Of a DNA stretch of 64,000 nucleotides, positions 60,160 to 64,000 are shown piece by piece. How positions within the stretch are numbered: the stretch's first letter is position 1; every line of letters begins with the position of its first letter. Location: positions 23,808,001 to 23,872,000 of the forward strand of contig NC_086108.1 in NCBI RefSeq assembly GCF_963921235.1, read 5' to 3'. A program made the translations under genes and the position numbers. The notes under the pieces were generated by a model. That model ran no database searches. It saw nothing but the letters and a program-made list of their open reading frames with translations, and was not told where the DNA came from. Source of the DNA: Mobula hypostoma (Eukaryota).

Positions 60160-63100
60160 AAGACCATAAGCTATAGGAGCAGAATTTAGCCATTTGGCTC
60201 ATTGAGTCTGCTCTGCCATTTCATCATGGCGGATCCATTTTTTTTTGTCAGCCCTAATCTGCTGCCCTCTCCCTGGATCCCTTCATGCCCTCACTAATCG
60301 AGAATCTATTAGCCTCTGCCTTAAATACACATAAGGACTTGGCTTCGACTGTTGCCTGTGGCAACAAATTCCACAGATTCCTATTCTTTGGCTAATGAGA
60401 TTCCTATTTATCTCTGTTTTAAAAGGATGCCCCTCTATTCTGAGGCTGTGTCCTCTGGTCTTAGATATTCCCACCATAGGAAACATTCTCTCCACGTCAA
60501 CTGCATCAAGGCCTTTCACCATCTGATAGCTTTCAATTAGGTCATCCGTCATTCTTCTGAATTTCAGTGGAAACAGGCCCAGAACCATCAAACAGTCGTC
60601 ATATGACTACCCGGTTAATCATCGAATCATTTTTGTGAACCTCCTTTGAACCCTCTCCAGCTTCAGCACAAACTTTCTGAGATAAGGTACCCAAAACTGC
60701 TCACGATACTCCAAATAAGGCCTCACCAGTGCTTTATAAAGTCTCAACATTACATCCTTACTTTAAAACTCTAGTGCTCTTGAAATGAATGCTAACATCA
60801 TATTTGCCTGTGGTGACTCAACCTACAAATTAACCTTTAGATAATTCTGTACCAGGACTCCCAAATCCCTTTGCACTTTAGATTTCTGTATTTTCTCTCT
60901 GTTTAGAAAATAATCAACCCTTTCATTTCTTCTACCAAAGTGTATGACCGTACACTTCCCAACACTGTATTCCAACTGCCACCACTTTGCCCATTCTCCT
61001 AATCTGTCTTTCTGTAGCCTATTTCCTCAAATCTACCTGTCCCCTACCTATCTTCATATCACCTGCAAACTTTGCAACGAAGCCATCAATCCCATCATCC
61101 AAATCATTGACATATAACGTAAAGAGAATCGGTCCCAACACAGACCACTGTGGAAGACCACTAGGTACCAGCAGCCAACCAGAAAAGGCTCCCTATATTC
61201 CCACTCTTTGTCTCTTGCCAATCAGCCACTGCTTTATCTATGCTAGAATCTTTCCAATAATACAGTGGGTTTGTAGCTTGTAAAGCAGCCTCATGTGTGG
61301 CACCTTGTCAAAGACCTTCTGAAAATTCAAGTACATAACAGCAACTGATTTTTCTTTGTCTATCCTGATTGTTATTTCTTCAAATAATTCCAACATGCTT
61401 GTCAGGCAAGATTTTCCCTTGAGGAAATCATGTTGATTATGGCCTATTTTATCATGTGTCTCCAAGTATCCTGAAACCACATGCTTAACATCTTCCCAAC
61501 CACTGAGGTCAGACTATACGGCCTATAATTTCCTTTCTTCCACCTCTTTCCCTTCTTGAAGAGTGGAGTGACATTTAGAATTTTCCACTCTTCCGGAACC
61601 ATTCCAGAACATAGTGATTTTTGAAATATCATTACAAATGCCTCCACAGTCGTTCATCCTCATCTTTCAGAACGCTGGGGTGTACACCATCTGGTCCATG
61701 TGACTTACCTACCTTCAGAGCTTACAGATTCCCAAGAACCTTTTCCCTAGTAATGGTAACCTCACACACTTCATAACCCGTGGCACCTGGAACTTCCATC
61801 ATACTGCTCGTGTCTTCCACAATGAAGATTGATACAAAATATTTATTCAGTTCGTCTGCCAATTCCTTGTCCCGCATTACTACCTCTCCATTGCTTTGCC
61901 TCTCTCGCCTCTCTTTTACACTTCATGTATTTTAAGAAACTTCTGGTATCCTCTTTAATATTATTGGCTAGATTTCATATTCCATCTTTACCTTCTTAGT
62001 AACTTTTTTTAGTTGCTTTCTGTTGGCTTTGAAAGCTTCCTAATCTTCTAACTTTCTGCTAATTTTTACTCTATTATATGCTATCTCTTTCCCTTTTACG
62101 TTAGCTTTGACTTCTTTTGTTAGCAATGGTTGTGTCATCTTTCCTTTAGAATACTCCTTCCTCTTTAGGATGTATATATCCTGTACCTTCAGAATTGTTT
62201 CCAGAAATTCCAGACATTGCTGCTCTGCGGTCATCCCTGCTAGTTTTCTTTTCCAATCAATTCTGTCCAATTTCTCTCTCATGCCTCTGCAATGCCCTTT
62301 ACTCCACTGTAATACCGATACATCTGACTTTAGCTCCTCCTTCTCAAATTTCAGGGTGAAGTCGATCACATTATGATCACTTGCCCCAAGAGATATTTTT
62401 ACCTTAAACTCACTAATCAATTCTGGTTCATTATCCCAAATAGATGAGCCCCTTGGAGGCTCAATTACAAGCTGCTCTAAAAACCCATCTCACAGGCATT
62501 CCAGAAATTGCCCCTCTTGGAATCCTGCAATTACCTGATTTTCCCAATCTACCTGCATATTGAAACCCCCCATGACTATTGTAACATTGCCCTTTTGACA
62601 TGCATCTTCTATCTCCCATTGTAACTTGTAGACCACAGTCTTGCTTCTGTTTGGAGGACTTTATATAACTCCCATCAGGATCTTTTTACCCTTGCAGTTT
62701 CTTAGCTCTGTCCACAATGATTCAACATTTTCCAACCCTATATCACCTCTTTCTAATGATTTAATTTCATTTTTTACCTACAGAGCTAAGTTACCCCCTC
62801 TGTCTTCCTGCCTATCCTTTTGATACAATGTGTATCATTGGACATCTATATTCTTCTGTCAGCCATGATTCAGTGATGCCTACAATATTACACTTGCCAA
62901 TCTGTAACTGTGCTACAAGTTCACCGACTCTATTCCATATACTGTGCGCATTCAAATATAACACCTTTAGTCCTGTATTCACCCTTTTCAATTTTGTCTG
63001 TGTTTTATGTTACAAGTCATCCTGATGACTGCAATTTTGCCCTATTATCAGCCTCTCCTGTTAGGAATCTCACTGCCTCTGTTCATCTTCAGCACTGTTA

Positions 63101-64000
63101 CTCTGGATCCTATGTATCTGCCAGATTAGTTTTAACCACCCAAACAATTCTAGCCAACCTGTACCCAAGGACATTGGACACCCTCTGGTTCAAGTGTAAC
63201 CTGTCCTTTTCGCTTAGGTCATGCCTTCCCAAGAAGAGATCCCAATGAATGATTCATCAAAACCCCTGTCCCCTACACCAGATGTTCAGCCATGTTTTCA
63301 CCAGCCAAACCATCTTATTCTTTCCCTCACTCGCATGTGGCATCGGCAGCAATCCAGAGATTACTACCCTGGAGGTCCTGTTTCTCGGCTTTTTACCTAG
63401 CTTCCCAAAATCTTTCTTCAGAACCTCCTCACCTTGTCTACCTTGTCTTTGGTGCCAATATGTACCAACACTTCCAGCTGCTCACCCTTACCCTTGAGAA
63501 TGCCATGGACACGATCCGAGGTATCCCTGATCCTAGCACCAAGGAGGCAACATATCATCTGGCCGTCTCTATCGTGCCCACAGAACCTCGCCTCTGTTCC
63601 TCTGACTAAGGAATCTCCTATCAACAGTGCAGTCCTCCACCTCTCTGCTCTTCTGAGCCACAGCACCAGACTCAGTGCCAGAGACCTGGTAACTGTGGCT
63701 CCTCCCCTGGGAGACCATCCGCTTAATAGTATCTAAAGTTACATACTTATTATTGAGTATACAGGTGTACCCTGCTCTGCATTCCGCCTCCTTCCCCGAC
63801 AGTCACCCAGTTACCTGTCTCCTTAAATCGGTACCTGTCTATCACCTCCTCATTTTCCTGTAGGAGCGTTAGGTCAAAAAGCTGCAGCTTCTGTTACTTA
63901 ATACTTTCTCTCATGAGCTGTAGCTTGGTGCACGTGGTGCAAATGTGTTTATCTGGGAGACTGGAGGTCCCACATACAGTACAAAACACTGACCCTGGAG
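60160..64000 (-). mobile_element. Near full-length decayed CR1 (ORF1 esterase-like domain + ORF2)
   Basis: ORF1 remnant LIGDSLVRG...CCLLGARIRD...LVHIGT (63418-63666); ORF2 SDHN, NYRP.SLTS, QKVFDKVPH, TRGHSLR; 3' tail at ~60160. Confidence 0.95.

Overview
This is repeat-dense vertebrate DNA with no recognisable host gene, and no rRNA, tRNA gene or CRISPR array. The repeat content points to a cartilaginous fish, probably a ray; this is an inference from CR1/HER1-type LINEs, V-domain HE1-like SINEs, Deu-domain SINE relics and Penelope-like elements. Well over half the window is transposon-derived: CR1, Rex1/Babar-L2-like, RTE, HERO-like, Nimb-like and Penelope (GIY-YIG) retroelements, two Gypsy lineages, solo LTRs, a Tc1 derivative and several non-autonomous families, often nested. 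Four splice-bounded candidate exons on the minus strand can be chained in phase, but I cannot identify the product. The most notable structures are: (1) a young Gypsy element with a tRNA-Trp PBS and a -1 frameshift cassette (G GGA AAC plus a perfect 12-bp stem), fused tail-to-tail to a young CR1; (2) a SINE plus a ~235-bp copy of nearby DNA enclosed by one 10-bp direct repeat; (3) an exact 100-bp local copy inserted into a Penelope relic; (4) a perfect 37-bp hairpin; (5) decayed hammerhead-ribozyme motifs in Penelope ends. I found no convincing novel multi-gene system. Boundaries of decayed repeats are approximate and family names come from motif recognition, not database searches.
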